This document shows, piece by piece, positions 12,071 through 24,689 of a stretch of DNA of 64,000 nt (position 1 is the first letter of the stretch; every line of letters begins with the position of its first letter). Made by a program: the position numbers and the translations under genes. The DNA comes from Mobula hypostoma. Its lineage: Eukaryota. The stretch spans positions 15,872,001 through 15,936,000 of the forward strand of contig NC_086101.1 of the NCBI RefSeq assembly GCF_963921235.1. Reading direction: 5' to 3'. Below the pieces are notes generated by a model that saw only the letters and a program-made list of their open reading frames with translations, was not told the origin of the DNA and made no database searches.

Positions 12071-14149
12071 CTTGTGGAGAAAAAGATTCGATTAGAATGA
12101 TCTGAGTACAATCAGCATGGAAATCTAAGCTTTTCACTGTAGGCACGGCAATTCAGTGAAGGATTAGATTAGACCAGGTCCATGTCTGCCCTGATGCTCC
12201 CCGAAGAGCCAGATCCAGAGCCAAGGGATACGACAGCCAATCACATCCCACATGATTGTAGCTGAAACGTCTGGAAAAATCTTGCCAAGCTGGCCGATCA
12301 ACAAAATTTCCTAATATCCCATCCTTCCCATAGCTGTCTGCCTCCAAATTCCACCCCTCTCTGTCATCTGCCGAGCATTATCTGCCTGTTATCCAGCAGC
12401 CCCGTCCAGTCACCTCCGTCACACCCTCATCTCTTTGTACAGGCCATCTCCACTTCCAAGCCCTGGTACAGGATTCAGGGTTTTGACAGGAAAAAGTCCC
12501 ACACCACCACCCCCCACCACAGAGGCTGCTCGACCCGATGAGTCCTCCAGCAGATTGCTTGACACTCCAGATTCTAGCATTTGCCTTCTCTTGTGTCTCC
12601 AGTTAGTTAGTTACACATCATGTCACAGAATAAAATTCAGCCCACCAGATCAATGCCAGCCTGCAATATTTTCTCTCCAATATTCCCAGACCCAGATTCC
12701 ATGGCCCACCTTTGCAATTTACAGCGGACTATCAAGTTATGATCGGGATGTTGGAGGAAAAGTACAGCACATGAGACTGATTAACAAGATAAGACCCCGT
12801 GGTATAACAGGAGAGATACTAACATGGTAGAAGATTGGCTGATTGACAAGAGGGTTGGAAGGTTTGAATAAAGGGGGCCAATTCTAGTTGACCATTTAAA
12901 CTGCCTAGTCCCATCGACCATCATCTGGACCAAAGCCATCCATCCCACTGCATTCCAAGTACCTATCCAAACTTCTCTTAACCATTGAAATTGAGCTTCC
13001 ATGCACCACTTGCACTGGCAGCTTGTTCCGCATTCACATGACCCGCTGACAGAAGAAGTCATATTGAATATGGATCTCTGGATTTTTGTGGCAACAGCTC
13101 TCAGTTCCAGCCACAAATTTTCCAGAACATTCGCCCAATCCACAATAAATTACATCAACTTCTACTCTTGGTTCAGGGTGTTGGGTCTCACACACAAAAC
13201 GCTGGAGGAACTCAGCAGGCCAGGCAGCATCTAAGAAAAGAGTACAGTCGACGATTTGAGCCGAGACCCTTTAGGAAGACTGGAGAAAAAAAGCTGAGGA
13301 GTAGATTTAAAAGGTGGGGGGAGGGGTGAAACCTGAATGGGGAGGGGATGAAGTAAAGAGTTGGGAAGTAAATTGGTGAAAGAGACAGAAGGTCCTGGAA
13401 GAAAGAAAAGGGGAGAAGTACCAGAGGACGGCAATGGGCAGACATGGAGATAAGGTGAGAGAGGGAAATGGGAATGGGGAATGATGAAGGAGAGTGGGGG
13501 GCATTACCAAAAGTTCAAGAAATTGATGCTGATGCCATCATTTCGGTGGCTACCCAAACAGAATATAAAGTGTTGCTCCTCCAACCCTTTGGGCGCGTTG
13601 CTTGGATTTCCAGCATCTGCAGATTTTCTCTTGTTTGAGGGTGTTGGGTCTGGTCATTTAGAATCGACATTCTTTGAAAGGCAAGAATGAAACAGAAAAG
13701 GTAGTAGCTACAATCGTTTTGCTAAGATTTACAAGAAAAAATGAACGCACAAAGAAAAGACAAAGGGAAATAAATGGTGATTGCCTCAGATTTAGACGAG
13801 AGAAAACAACATCCCAGTGACAGCAATGAACCTATAAAATAGACAGACTCAAGTGGCATGGTAACTGCTGTATAGAAACTTCTAGAAGCCTTTAGAAAAA
13901 TACAGAATCAGCTGTAGTCAAATTACTAGAAAATTTACTGAACGATTTCACCTGTATAGGTGATTATATAAAAATGCAAGCAAGCATAGGAAAGTAAATT
14001 TACAAGGAAAGCACTAGACTAATATCCAACAAGAAGCAGCCCAGTGGGAATGTGGGGAGAACAGGTTGCAGGGGATCAAGTGGAAGAATTGGGGCGGACA
14101 GACATGAACAGGCTGAATGGTCTCCTATTTGTCAAGGATATGAACTACA

Positions 14150-14930
14150 TGCTATATATATATGGGCAGACTATTATTTAAATGGGGAGAGAATTCAAAG
14201 TTCTGAGATGCAACTGGACTTGGGAGTCCTCGTACAGGATACCCTTAAGGTTAACCTCCAGGTTGAGTCAGTGGTGAAGAAGGCGAATGCAATGTTGGCA
14301 TTCATTTCTAGAGGAATAGAGTATAGGAGCAGGGATGTGATATTGAGGCTCTATAAGGTGCTGGTAAGACCTCACTTGGAGTACTGTGGGCAGATTTGGT
14401 CTGCTTATTTAAGAAATGATGTGCTGACGTTGGAGAGGGTACAGAGAAGATTCACGAGAATGATTCCAGAAATGAGAGGGTTAACGTATGAAGAATGTTT
14501 GTCTGCTCTTGGACTGTATTCTTTGGAGTTTAGAAGAATGAGGGGGGACCTCATAGAAACATTTCGAATGTTGAAAGGCATAGACAGAGTGGATGTGGCA
14601 AAGTTGTTCCCCATGATGGGGGAGTCTAGTACGAGAGGGCATGACTTAAGGTTTGAAGGGCGCCCATTCAGATGAGAGATACGAAGAATTTTTTTTTAGC
14701 CAGAGGGTGGTGAATCTATGGAATTTGTCGCCACGGGTGGCAGTGGAGTCCAAGTCATTGGGTGTCTTTAAGGCAGAGATTGATAGGTATCTGAGTAGCC
14801 AGACCATCAAAGGCTATGGTGAGAAGGCGGGGGAGTGGGACTAAATGGGAGAATGGATCGGCTCATGATAAAATGGTGGAGCAGACTCGAATGGCCGACT
14901 TCTGCTCCTTTGTCTTATGGTCTTGGTCTT
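14150..14930 (+). mobile_element. CR1 LINE 3' end
   Basis: LYKVLVRPHLEYC..LERVQRRFTRM..RGDLIETF, typical of the CR1 ORF2 C-terminus. Confidence 0.9.
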
Positions 14931-14939
14931 ATGGAATTC

Positions 14940-16000
14940 AACAGATTCATTACCTTCTGGCTAAAGAAATTTCTACTCATCTCTGTTCTAAATGTACATC
15001 CCTCTATTCTGACGCTGTTCTCTCTGGTCCTAGATTCCACCACTACGGGAACAATCCTCTCTGCCTTGGCCTTTCAATATTCATAGAGTTATAGAGAAGC
15101 ACAGCACAGAAAATGAACCTTCGGACATCTAACCATTTAAGCTGCCTACTCCCATCAACCTGTACAGGGACTATAGCCCTCTAGGTTCCTACTATTCATG
15201 TCCAAACTTCTCTTAAACTTTGAAGTCGATCTCGTGTGGAGCACTTGCACTGGCAGCTCATTCCACACTCTCATGACCATCTGAGTGAAGAGGTTTCCCC
15301 CCATGTTCCCTTAAACTTCTCATCTTTCACCTTTAAGCCATGAGAAATGGTTATAATCCCAGCCAACCTCAATGGAACAAAGCCTGCTTTTAATCATCCT
15401 ATCGATATCTCTCATAATTCTATAGATTTCAATGAGATCCCCCTTTGTTGTTCCAAGTTCCAGGGAGTACAGGCCCAGAGCCATAAAATGCTCCTCATAC
15501 CAAAAGCTTTTCATTCTGGATCATTCTCTTCAACCTCCTCTGGACTCTATCCAGTGCCAACACATCTTTTCTTAGATATGGGGCCCAATACCCCAAGTGC
15601 AGTCTGACCAATGCCTTATAAAGCCTCAGTATCACAAAGTTGCTTTTATATTCTAATCCTCTTGAAATGAATGCTAACATTGCATTTGCCTTCCTGACTA
15701 CTCAGTGGCATTTGCCACTGACTCAATCTGTAAGTCCACCTTTGGGAATCCTGCACAAGTTGCGCCTTTAATTTTGAATTTTATCCCCATTTAGAAAATA
15801 GTCTATGCATTTATTCCTTCTACCAAAGTTCATGACCGTACACTACTTTACACTATATTCCACCTGCCACTTTACCCATTCTGTCAGAGCCCCTGCTTCC
15901 TTAACATTACCTGTCCCTCCATCTATTATTGTATCATCTGGAAACTTCGCCACAACCCAATGAACTCTGCTATTCAAATTGTTATTTGAACTTAAAGCTG
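14940..16000 (-). mobile_element. Decayed CR1 fragments
   Basis: MLAFISRGLEYKS..LYKALVRLHLGY motif on minus. Confidence 0.75.
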
Positions 16001-16734
16001 TTCACCCTCTCAACCCCAGATCCATTGATGTCAAGAGGGGTTAGCCTGTCTCCATTCCACCTGTAATCCACAACCAGCTCGTTTGTTTTTGCGACATTGA
16101 GGGAGAGGTTGTTTTCTTTACACCACTGTGTCAGAGAGATGACTTATTCTCTGTAGGCTCATTATTATTTGAGATAAGGCCAATCAATGTAGTAGTACCA
16201 GCAAATTTAATTAACAGATTGGAGCTGTGGGTGGGTATGCAGAGAGTAAAAGAGTCCATTTACAGTCAAACATGAAGAAACAGCAACATACTGGATGAAT
16301 TCCTCTGTCATTAACTATTAAGAACAGTACATAGTATTATAGTCCCAACATTATCATCAAACTCACAGACAAAGGGGGTGCTGTTGTAGTGTGAAGGACT
16401 GATCTCTACCTTGCTGTGGCCAGGCGGTAACTCCCAGACACCTTCTCGTGCCTACCCTTTGAAGAGGATCCATCTCTGGGCCATCAGAAAACTTTTCTGA
16501 CACCATTACTGTCCTCATCAACTCTGGAGAACCCCATCGACTGCCACCAAACTTATAGTTTGCTTATTCCACACTGCTCATTTCTACCTCCTATCCAAGA
16601 TCTACAAACTTGGGTAGGCTTATTGTCTCCGCCTACTCCTGTCCCACTGAACACATGTTGTCTTTCCTCAAGCAACACACATCAAAGTTGCTGGTGAACG
16701 CAGCAGGCCAGGCAGCATCTATAGGAAGAGGCGC

Positions 16735-16770
16735 AGTCGACGTTTCAGGCCGAGACCCTTCGTCAGGACT
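16735..16770 (-). ncRNA. Minimal type-I hammerhead ribozyme motif
   Basis: agtc-CUGACGA-agg gucucgg ccu-GAAAC-GUC-gacu; stems I and II pair; stem III is a palindromic ACGU. Confidence 0.75.
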
Positions 16771-17816
16771 AACTGAAGGAAGAGTGAGTAAGGGATTTGA
16801 AAGCTGGAGGGGGAGGGGGAGATGCAAAATGATAGGAGAAGACAGGAGGGGGAGGGATGGAGCCGAGAGCTGGACAGGTGATAGGCAAAAGGGGATACGA
16901 GAGGATCATGGGACAGGAGGTCCGGGAAGAAAGACGGGGGGGGGGGGGATGACCCAGAGGATGGGCAAGAGGTATATTCAGAGGGACAGAGGGAGAAAAA
17001 GGAGAGTGAGAGAAAGAATGTGTGCATAAAAATGAGTAACAGCTGGGGTACGAGGGGGAGGTGGGGCCTAGCGGAAGTCAGAGAAGTCAATGTTCATGTC
17101 ATCAGGTTGGAGGCTACCCAGACGGAATATAAGGTGTTGTTCCTCCAACCTGAGTGTGGCTTCATCTTTACAGTAGAGGAGGCCGTGGATAGACATGTCA
17201 GAATGGGAATGGGATGTGGAATTAAAATGTGTGGCCACTGGGAGATCCTGCTTTCTCTGGCGGACAGAGCGTAGATGGTCAGCAAAGCGGTCTCCCAGTC
17301 TGCGTCGGGTCTCACCAATATATAAAAGGCCACATCGGGAGCACCGGATGCAGTATATCACCCCAGTCGACTCACAGGTGAAGTGATGCCTCACCTGGAA
17401 GGACTGTTTGGGGCCCTGAATGGTGGTAAGGGAGGAAGTGTAAGGGCATGTGTAGCACTTGTTCCACTTACACGGATAAGTGCCAGGAGGGAGATCAGTG
17501 GGGAGGGATGGGGGGGACGAATGGACAAGGGAGTTGCGTAGGGAGCGATCCCTGCGGAATGCAGAGGGGGGGGGGAAGGGAAAGATGTGCTTAGTGGTGG
17601 GATCCCGTTGGAGGTGGCGGAAGTTACGGAGAATAATATGTTGGACCCGGAGGCTGGTGGGGTGGTAGGTGAGGACCATGATCCTCTCGTATCCCCTTTT
17701 GCCTATCACCTGTCCAGCTCTCGGCTCTATCCCTCCCCCTCCTGTCTTCTCCTATCATTTTGCATCTCCCCCTCCCCCTCCAGCTTTCAAATCCCTTACT
17801 CACTCTTCCTTCAGTT

Positions 17817-17852
17817 AGTCCTGACGAAGGGTCTCGGCCTGAAACGTCGACT
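17817..17852 (+). ncRNA. Minimal type-I hammerhead ribozyme motif
   Basis: Same motif in the opposite repeat arm; predicted cleavage after C17848. Confidence 0.75.
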
Positions 17853-19369
17853 GCGCCTCTTCCTATAGATGCTGCCTGGCCTGCTGCGTTCACCAGCAAC
17901 TTTGATGTGTGTTGCTTGAATTTCCAGCATCTGCAGAATTCCTGTTGTTTGTCTTTCCTCAACTCCATTCTAGCCCCCTTGGTTCAGTTCCTTCCCACAT
18001 ACATCTGTGACACTTCTCATGCTTTCGATCTCCTCTTGCTCTCAATTCCTTGTGCCTGACCACCTCATTTTCACCACGGATGCAGTGTCCCTAAGCAGGC
18101 TTATCCTCCATCAAGAAAGCATTAACGGTCTTTACTTCTTCCTCAGTAGAAAAGCCATCTCGTGCCCCTCCACCACCGCCCTTCTCCGCCTTGAGGAACT
18201 GATCCTCACTCTCAACAACTTTTCCTTTGGCTCCTCCCACTCGAGGATCAATGGGTTACCATGGGCCTCGGCTAGGCCTGCCTTTTTGTTGGCTGTGTAG
18301 ACCATCCATGATTCAAGCCTTCCCCGGTAATGCTTCCCAACTCTTCCTCCACTGCATTGGCGCTGCTTCATGCACCCATGCTGAACTTGTCAATTTCATC
18401 AGCTTTGCCTCCAACTTCCACCCTGCCCTCAAATTCACTTGACCTATTTCTGACACCTCCCTCCCTTTACCTGATCTCTCTGTCTCCATCTTTGAAGACA
18501 ACCTGTCGATTGACAACTTTTAAAAACCTATCGATTCCAATTTATCTTGACCGTACTCTCCCTGTCCTCTCTCCTGTAAAAATTCACTTTTCTCAGTTCT
18601 TTCGTCTCTGCCATATCTGTTCCCAGGATGCGACTTTCCTTTCCGGGACATCAGAGATGTCCTCCTTCTTCAACGAACACGTACCCTTTCCTACACCATT
18701 GATGTGGCCCTCACCAACATCCCTTCCATTTCCCAAACATCCACGCTCACCCCATCTTCCTGCCGCCTTAACCGTGATAGAGCTCCGCCTGTCTTTACCT
18801 ACCACCTTTGACTGGATTCAACACATGATCCTCTGCACCTTCTGCCACCTCCAAAAGGATCCTACCACCAAACACATCTTTAAATCCCTCTCTCTCCCTC
18901 CATGATTCCCTTGTCTATTCAACCCCTCCTACTAATCTCCCTCTTGGCACTTATCCCCGCAAGCGGCCAAAGTGCTACACCTGCCCATTCACCTCCTCAC
19001 TCACCTCCATTCAATCCTTCCAGGTGAGGCAACACTTCACCTGCGAATCTGCTGGGGTTGTCTATTGTGTCTGCTGCTCCTGATGCAGCCTCCTCTAGAC
19101 TGGTGAGACCCTCCGTAAATAGGGGATCCTTCGTTGAGCATCTCCACTCCATCCGCCAAAGGCAGAACTTCCCAGTGGTCAAAGATTTTAATTCCCATTC
19201 CCATTTCTGTTCTGAAATGTTGGTGCGTGGCCTCCTAATTATGCCATGAGAAGACCACCCTCGGTGTGCAGGAGCAACACCTTATATTCCATCTAGGTGG
19301 CCTCCAACCTGATGGCATGAATATCAATTTCTCCTTCCGGTAAAAAAGAATTGCCCTCCTACTCCCATA

Positions 19370-22300
19370 GAAACCATAGAAACTACAGCACAAAAACAGG
19401 CCTTTTGGCCCTTCTTGGCTGTGCCGAACCATTTTCTGCCTAGTCCCACTGACCTGCGCACAGACCATATCCCTCCATACACCTCCCATCCATGTATCTG
19501 TCCAATTTATTCTTAAATGTTAAAAAAGAAGCCACATTTACCACCTCGTCTGGCAGCTCATTCCATACTCCCACCACTCTCTGTGTGAAGAAGCCCCCTC
19601 TAATGTTCCCTTTAAACTTTTCCCCCCTCACCCTTAACCCATGTCCTCTGGTTTTTTTCTCCCCTTGCCTCAGTGGAAAAAGCCTGCTTGCATTCGCTCT
19701 ATCTATACCCATCATAATTTTTTATACCTCTAACAAATCTCCCCTCAATCTTCTATGCTCCAGGGAATAAAGTCCTAACCTATTCAACCTTTCTCTGTAA
19801 CTGAGTTTCTCAAGTCCCGGCAACATCCTTGTAAACCTTCTCTGCACTCTTTCAACCTTACTTATATCCTTCCTGTAATTTGGTGACCAAAACTGAACAC
19901 AATACTCCAGACAACAGGAATTCTGCAGATGCTGGAAATTCAAGCAACACACATAAAAGTTGCTGGTGAACGCAGCAGGCCAGGCAGCATCTCTAGGAAG
20001 AGGTGCAGTCGACGTTTCATGCCGAGACCCTTCGTCAGGTCGGAGGGTCTCGGCCTGAAACGTTGACTGCACCTCTTCCTAGAGATGCTGTCTGGCCCAC
20101 AATACTCCAGATTCGGCCTCACCAATGCCTTATACAACCTCATCATAACATTCCAGCTCTTATACTCAATACTTCCATTAGTAAAGGCCAATGTACCAAA
20201 AGCTCTCTTTACGACCCTATCTACCTGTGACGCTACTTTTAGGGAATTTTGTATCTGTATTCCCAGATCCCTCTGTTCCACTGCACTCCTCAGTGCCTTA
20301 CCATTAACCCTGTATGTTCTACCTTGGTTGTCCTTCCAACGTGCAATACCTCACACTTGTCTGTATTAAACTCCATATGCCATTTTTCAGCCCATTTTTC
20401 CAGCTGGTCCAAGTCCCTCTGCAGGCTCTGAAAACCTTCCTCACTGTCTCCAATCTTTGTATCATCAGCAAACTTGCTGATCCAATTTACCACATTATCA
20501 TCCAGATCATTGATATAGATAACAAATAACAATGGACCCAGCACTGATCCCTGTGGCACACCACTAGTCACAGGCCTCCACTCAGAGAAGCAATTCTCTA
20601 CCACCACTCTCTGGCTTCTTCCATTGAGCCAATGTCTAATCCAATTTACCACCTCTCCATGTCTATCTAGCGACTGAATTTTCCTAACTAACCTCCCATG
20701 CAGGACCTTGTCAAAGGCCTTACTGAAGTCCACGTAGACAATATCCACTGCCTTCCCTTCATCCACTTTCCTGGTAACCTCCTTGAAAAACTCCAATAGA
20801 TTGGTCAAACATGACCGACCACGCACAAAGCCATGTTGACTCTCCCTAATAAGTCCCTGTCTATCCAACTGCTTGTAGATTCTGTCTCTTAGTACTCCCT
20901 CCAATAACTTACCTACTACCGACGTTAAACTTACCGGCCTATAATTTCCCGGATTACTTTTCGATCCTTTTTTAAACAACGGAACAACATGAACCACTCT
21001 CTAATCCTCCGGCACCTCACCTGTAGACAGCGACATTTAAAATATTTCAGCCAGGGCCCCCGCAATTTCAACACTAGTCTCCTTCAAGGTCCGAGGGAAT
21101 ACCCTGTCAGGTCCCGGGGATTTATCCACTTTAATTTTCCTCAAGGCAGCAAGGATCTCCTCCTTTTCGATCTGTACAGTTTCCATGATCTCACTACTTG
21201 TTTCCCTTAATTCCATAGACTTCATGCCAGTTTCCTTAGTAAATACAGATGTAAAAAACCTATTTAAGATCTCCCCTATTTCCTTTGGTTCTGCACATAG
21301 CCGAGCACTCTGATCTTCAAGAGGACCAATTTTATGCCTTACAATCCTTTTGCTCTTAATATACCTGTAAAAGCTCTTTGGATTATCCTTCACTTTGACT
21401 GCCAAGGCAACCTCATGTCTTCTTTTAGACCTCGTGATTTCATTCTTAAGTATTTTCTTGCACTTCTTATACTCCTCAAGCACCTTATTTACTCCCTGCT
21501 TCCTATACATGTCATATAACTCCCTCTTCCTCTTTATCAGAGTTGCAATATCCCTTGAGAACCAAGGTTCCTTATTCCTATTCACTTTGCCTTTAATCCT
21601 GACAGGAACATACAAATTCTGCACTCTCAAAATTTCTACTTTGAAGGCTTCCCACCTACCGATCACATCCTTGCCAGAGAACAACCTGTCCCAATCCACG
21701 CTTTTTAGATCCTTTTTCATTTCTTCAAATTTGGCCTTCTTCCAGTTTAGAACCTCAACCCTAGGACCAGATCTATCCTTGTCCATGGTCAAGTTGAAAC
21801 TAATGGTGTTATGATCACTGGAACCAAAGTGCTCCCCTACACAGACTTCTATCACTTGTCCTAACTCATTTCCTAACAGGAGATCCAATATTGCATCCCC
21901 TCTAGTTGGTCCCTCTATTTATTGATTTAGAAAACTTTCCTGAACACATTTTCCAAACTCTAAACCATCTAGACCCCTAACAGAATGGGAGTCCCAATCA
22001 ATATATGGAAAATTAAAATTCCCTACCACCACAACTTTATGTTTCCTGCAGTTGCCTGCTATCTCTCTGCAGATTTGCTCTTCCAATTCTCATTGACTAT
22101 TGGGTAGTGCGTAATACAATCCCACTAATGTAGCCATACCTTTCCTGTTCTCAGCTCCACCCATAAGGACTCAGTAGACAAGCCCTCTAATCTGCCCTGC
22201 CTGAGCACTGCTGTAATATTTTCCCTAACAAGCAATGCTACTCCCCCACCTTTCATTCCTCTGCCTCGATCACATCTGAAACATCGGAACCCTGGAATAT

Positions 22301-22600
22301 TAAGCTGCCAGTCCTGCCCCTCCTGTAGCCAAGTTTCACTAATTGCTGTAACGTCATAATACCACATGTCAATCCACGCCCTCAATTCATCCGCCCTCCC
22401 CGCAATACTCCTAGCATTGAAATATATACACCTCAGAAGATTTTTACCACCACTCACAACCTTTCTATTAGCGGATTTGTTTGAACTTTTAACATCATTT
22501 ATTTTCACCCCAGCCACACTGTCAGCTCTGGCACTCTGGTTCCCATCCCTCTGCAAATCTAGTTTAAAGCCTCCCCAATAGCACTAACACACCTCCCTGA
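19370..22600 (-). mobile_element. CR1 LINE with near-complete, disrupted ORF2
   Basis: Endonuclease (YFNARSI, ISETWLQEG), RT ([25 protein letters not shown]) and 3' tail near 19370. Confidence 0.9.
19912..20097. mobile_element. Short palindromic Penelope-derived element inserted in CR1
   Basis: Two head-to-head pseudo-LTR ends; 14-bp TSD cacaatactccaga at 19898-19911 and 20098-20111. Confidence 0.8.
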
Positions 22601-23749
22601 AAGGATATTGGTCCCCCTGTAGTTCCCCTCATCTTCAATTCCCAATCTGGCTTCTTATCTCCTCTCACCTGCCTATCAACTCCCCCCCCCACCCCCGGGT
22701 CACCTCCTCCTTCCCTTTCTCCTGTGGTCCACTCTCCTCTCCTATCAGATTCCTTTCTCTCCAGCCCTTTATCTTTCCAAACCACTTGGCTTCACCTATC
22801 ATCTTCTAGCTATCCTCCTTCCCCACCCCCTCACCTTTCTATTCTGATGTCTTCCTCCTTCATTTTCAGTCCCAAGGAAGAGTCTTGGTGCGAAGAGTCG
22901 ACTGTTTATTCATTTCCATAGATGCTACCTGACCTGCTGAGTTCCTCCAGCAATTTGTGTGTGTTGCACAGTTTTATCATATTGTAGCATTGGTAATATT
23001 CTAATTAATCCTATATTTCATTTAAATACCCGATTTGTTATTTAGCTAGTCTTTTTTTTAACATATTTTTATCTATTTCTAAGGAACTTTTACTAATTGG
23101 GGCAGCCACCTAATTGGGTCAAAATCTACTAGTCCCAATGTGTTCTAATTAAATGGAATCCACTGTACATTAAACAACACACAGAAAATACTGGAGAAAC
23201 TTCAATACTGAAGTAGCTTCTCGGTCCAAAATGTCCACTGTTTTCTCTTTTCTGTAGATACTGCCTGACCTGCTAAGTTCTTCCAGCATTTTGTGTGTGT
23301 TTCTTCGGATTTCCAGCATCTGCAGATTTACTCTTGTTTGTGAATCCACTGTGTATAATACAGTATTATATCTATAAAAATGGTATGTGTGTGCAGTATA
23401 GAAATATTATATTTATCATTTGCACAATTCGTCATCAGTATTTATTTATTTACTTATTTATGGAGATAATGCCTAGAATAGGCCCTTCATGCCGTGCCAC
23501 ACAGCAACCCCCGATTTAACCCTGTTTATGTATAGATTTTCATAAATTCTATTGTATTTCTTTATCTTTGCCTGTAGGAAGTTGAATCTCAAAGTCATAT
23601 ATACCCTGTCATGAATGGGGCAGGTGGAGTTAGGCCTGTCAAGGTCTTAAGAAGTAAGGCTAAACGATAATCCACCCAGTGATGTGTCCTCCGTTGGGCT
23701 CTAAATAGAGCGTTTGAGGGACTGGAGGATGCAGTGGTAATGCAAATGT

Positions 23750-24545
23750 TGAAGTCCATCCCAAAGGGTGATGCAGAGGGACAGCTTTCCTCTGATGCAG
23801 ATGGTCAAATGGGCACTTCAGAGTGGAGGAAGCTTCTCCACCTGTAGACGCTGACTGCCCATTTCCCTCCACAGGTTCTACCTGACCCAGTGAGGGGTCC
23901 TTCAGCACCTTTGTGTGCTGTTGGGTTTTCCAGCGCATAGCGCAACACCGCCCCCTGCTGGCCGGCACCCTTTCACTGCAACTCTGTCCTCTACTGACGG
24001 GAGAGCAGCACTGATGGACCAGAGGGGAGAAAAGCGCATCTCACTTTGTCTCTTTTCAAGGTTTAACAGTCCAAAGTACATCATTATTATCACAGTATAT
24101 ATACCACAATGCAACCCTGAGATGGAGATTGTTTCAGGCAGACATAAAACTAAAAAAAACAGTAGAATCCACGATAAAAAACAAACAACAAAGACCTTCA
24201 GACAAGCAATGTGCAAAAAAAAAAGAATAAACTGCAAATAATAAAAATTGACACACAGAACATGAACTGCAGAGTGTCCAAAAGTGAGTCCATGGCCACA
24301 GATCCAATTCAGTGCTGAGAACCTCACGGATCAGTGAGCTGAACATCAGTTGGTCTTTTGCCCTCGACTTTGACACCTTAACTTTTTAAATCTGACTTGT
24401 GTATAAATCCACTAAACATTGGTTCATTTTCCGCTCTTGGTCCTCGGCTATGCTGCTTCAATCCGGCCCAAAGTCCACTCCAGCAATGTCTGCTGTGGCC
24501 CAGCTGTATTCTTGAGGGTCCGAGTCATTTGGGTGTACTTAAAAC
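23750..24545. repeat. Third, older copy (block C) of the duplicated flank
   Basis: Similar to ~890-1530 and 57390-58020 and continues past the LTR site without the LTR. Confidence 0.85.
23946..23963 (-). promoter_or_regulatory. CTCF-like motif, copy C
   Basis: Identical to copy A (GGCCAGCAGGGGGCGGTG). Confidence 0.6.
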
Positions 24546-24689
24546 AAAACTGACATGTTCTTGATTGGTTTTGGTGTCAAAGGTTACGGGGAAGGCAGGT
24601 CGACGGGGTCGAGAGGGAAAAGAAAACACCCAATACGGAATGGTGGAGCAGACTTGATGGGCCGAATGACCAACTCCTACTATGTCAGA

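Larger units (their letters stand above)
16672..17948 (-). mobile_element. Young 5'-truncated Penelope-like element with inverted pseudo-LTRs
   Basis: GIY-YIG ORF 17709-17068 (VIYCIRC..LYIGET); ~244-bp inverted repeats (16668-16911 / 17676-17919); 14-bp TSD ttgtctttcctcaa at 16658-16671 and 17949-17962. Confidence 0.9.
16340..19330 (+). mobile_element. Old decayed Penelope-like element (RT + GIY-YIG), split by a younger insertion
   Basis: DKGGAVVV motif; CPTEHMLSFLNSILAPLVQFLPTYICDTSHA reads through once 16672-17948 is removed; GIY-YIG remnant at ~19000-19330. Confidence 0.75.

Noticed and set aside
13690-14050. Unique A-rich stretch as a linking exon
   Set aside because: The candidate phase 1-0 exon ending at CAG|GTGAAA contains an in-frame stop; origin unassigned.
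24400-24545. Candidate exon IHPNDSDPQEYSW...
   Set aside because: Lies in repeat-derived DNA shared by blocks A, B and C; the frame and splice sites are not conserved between copies.
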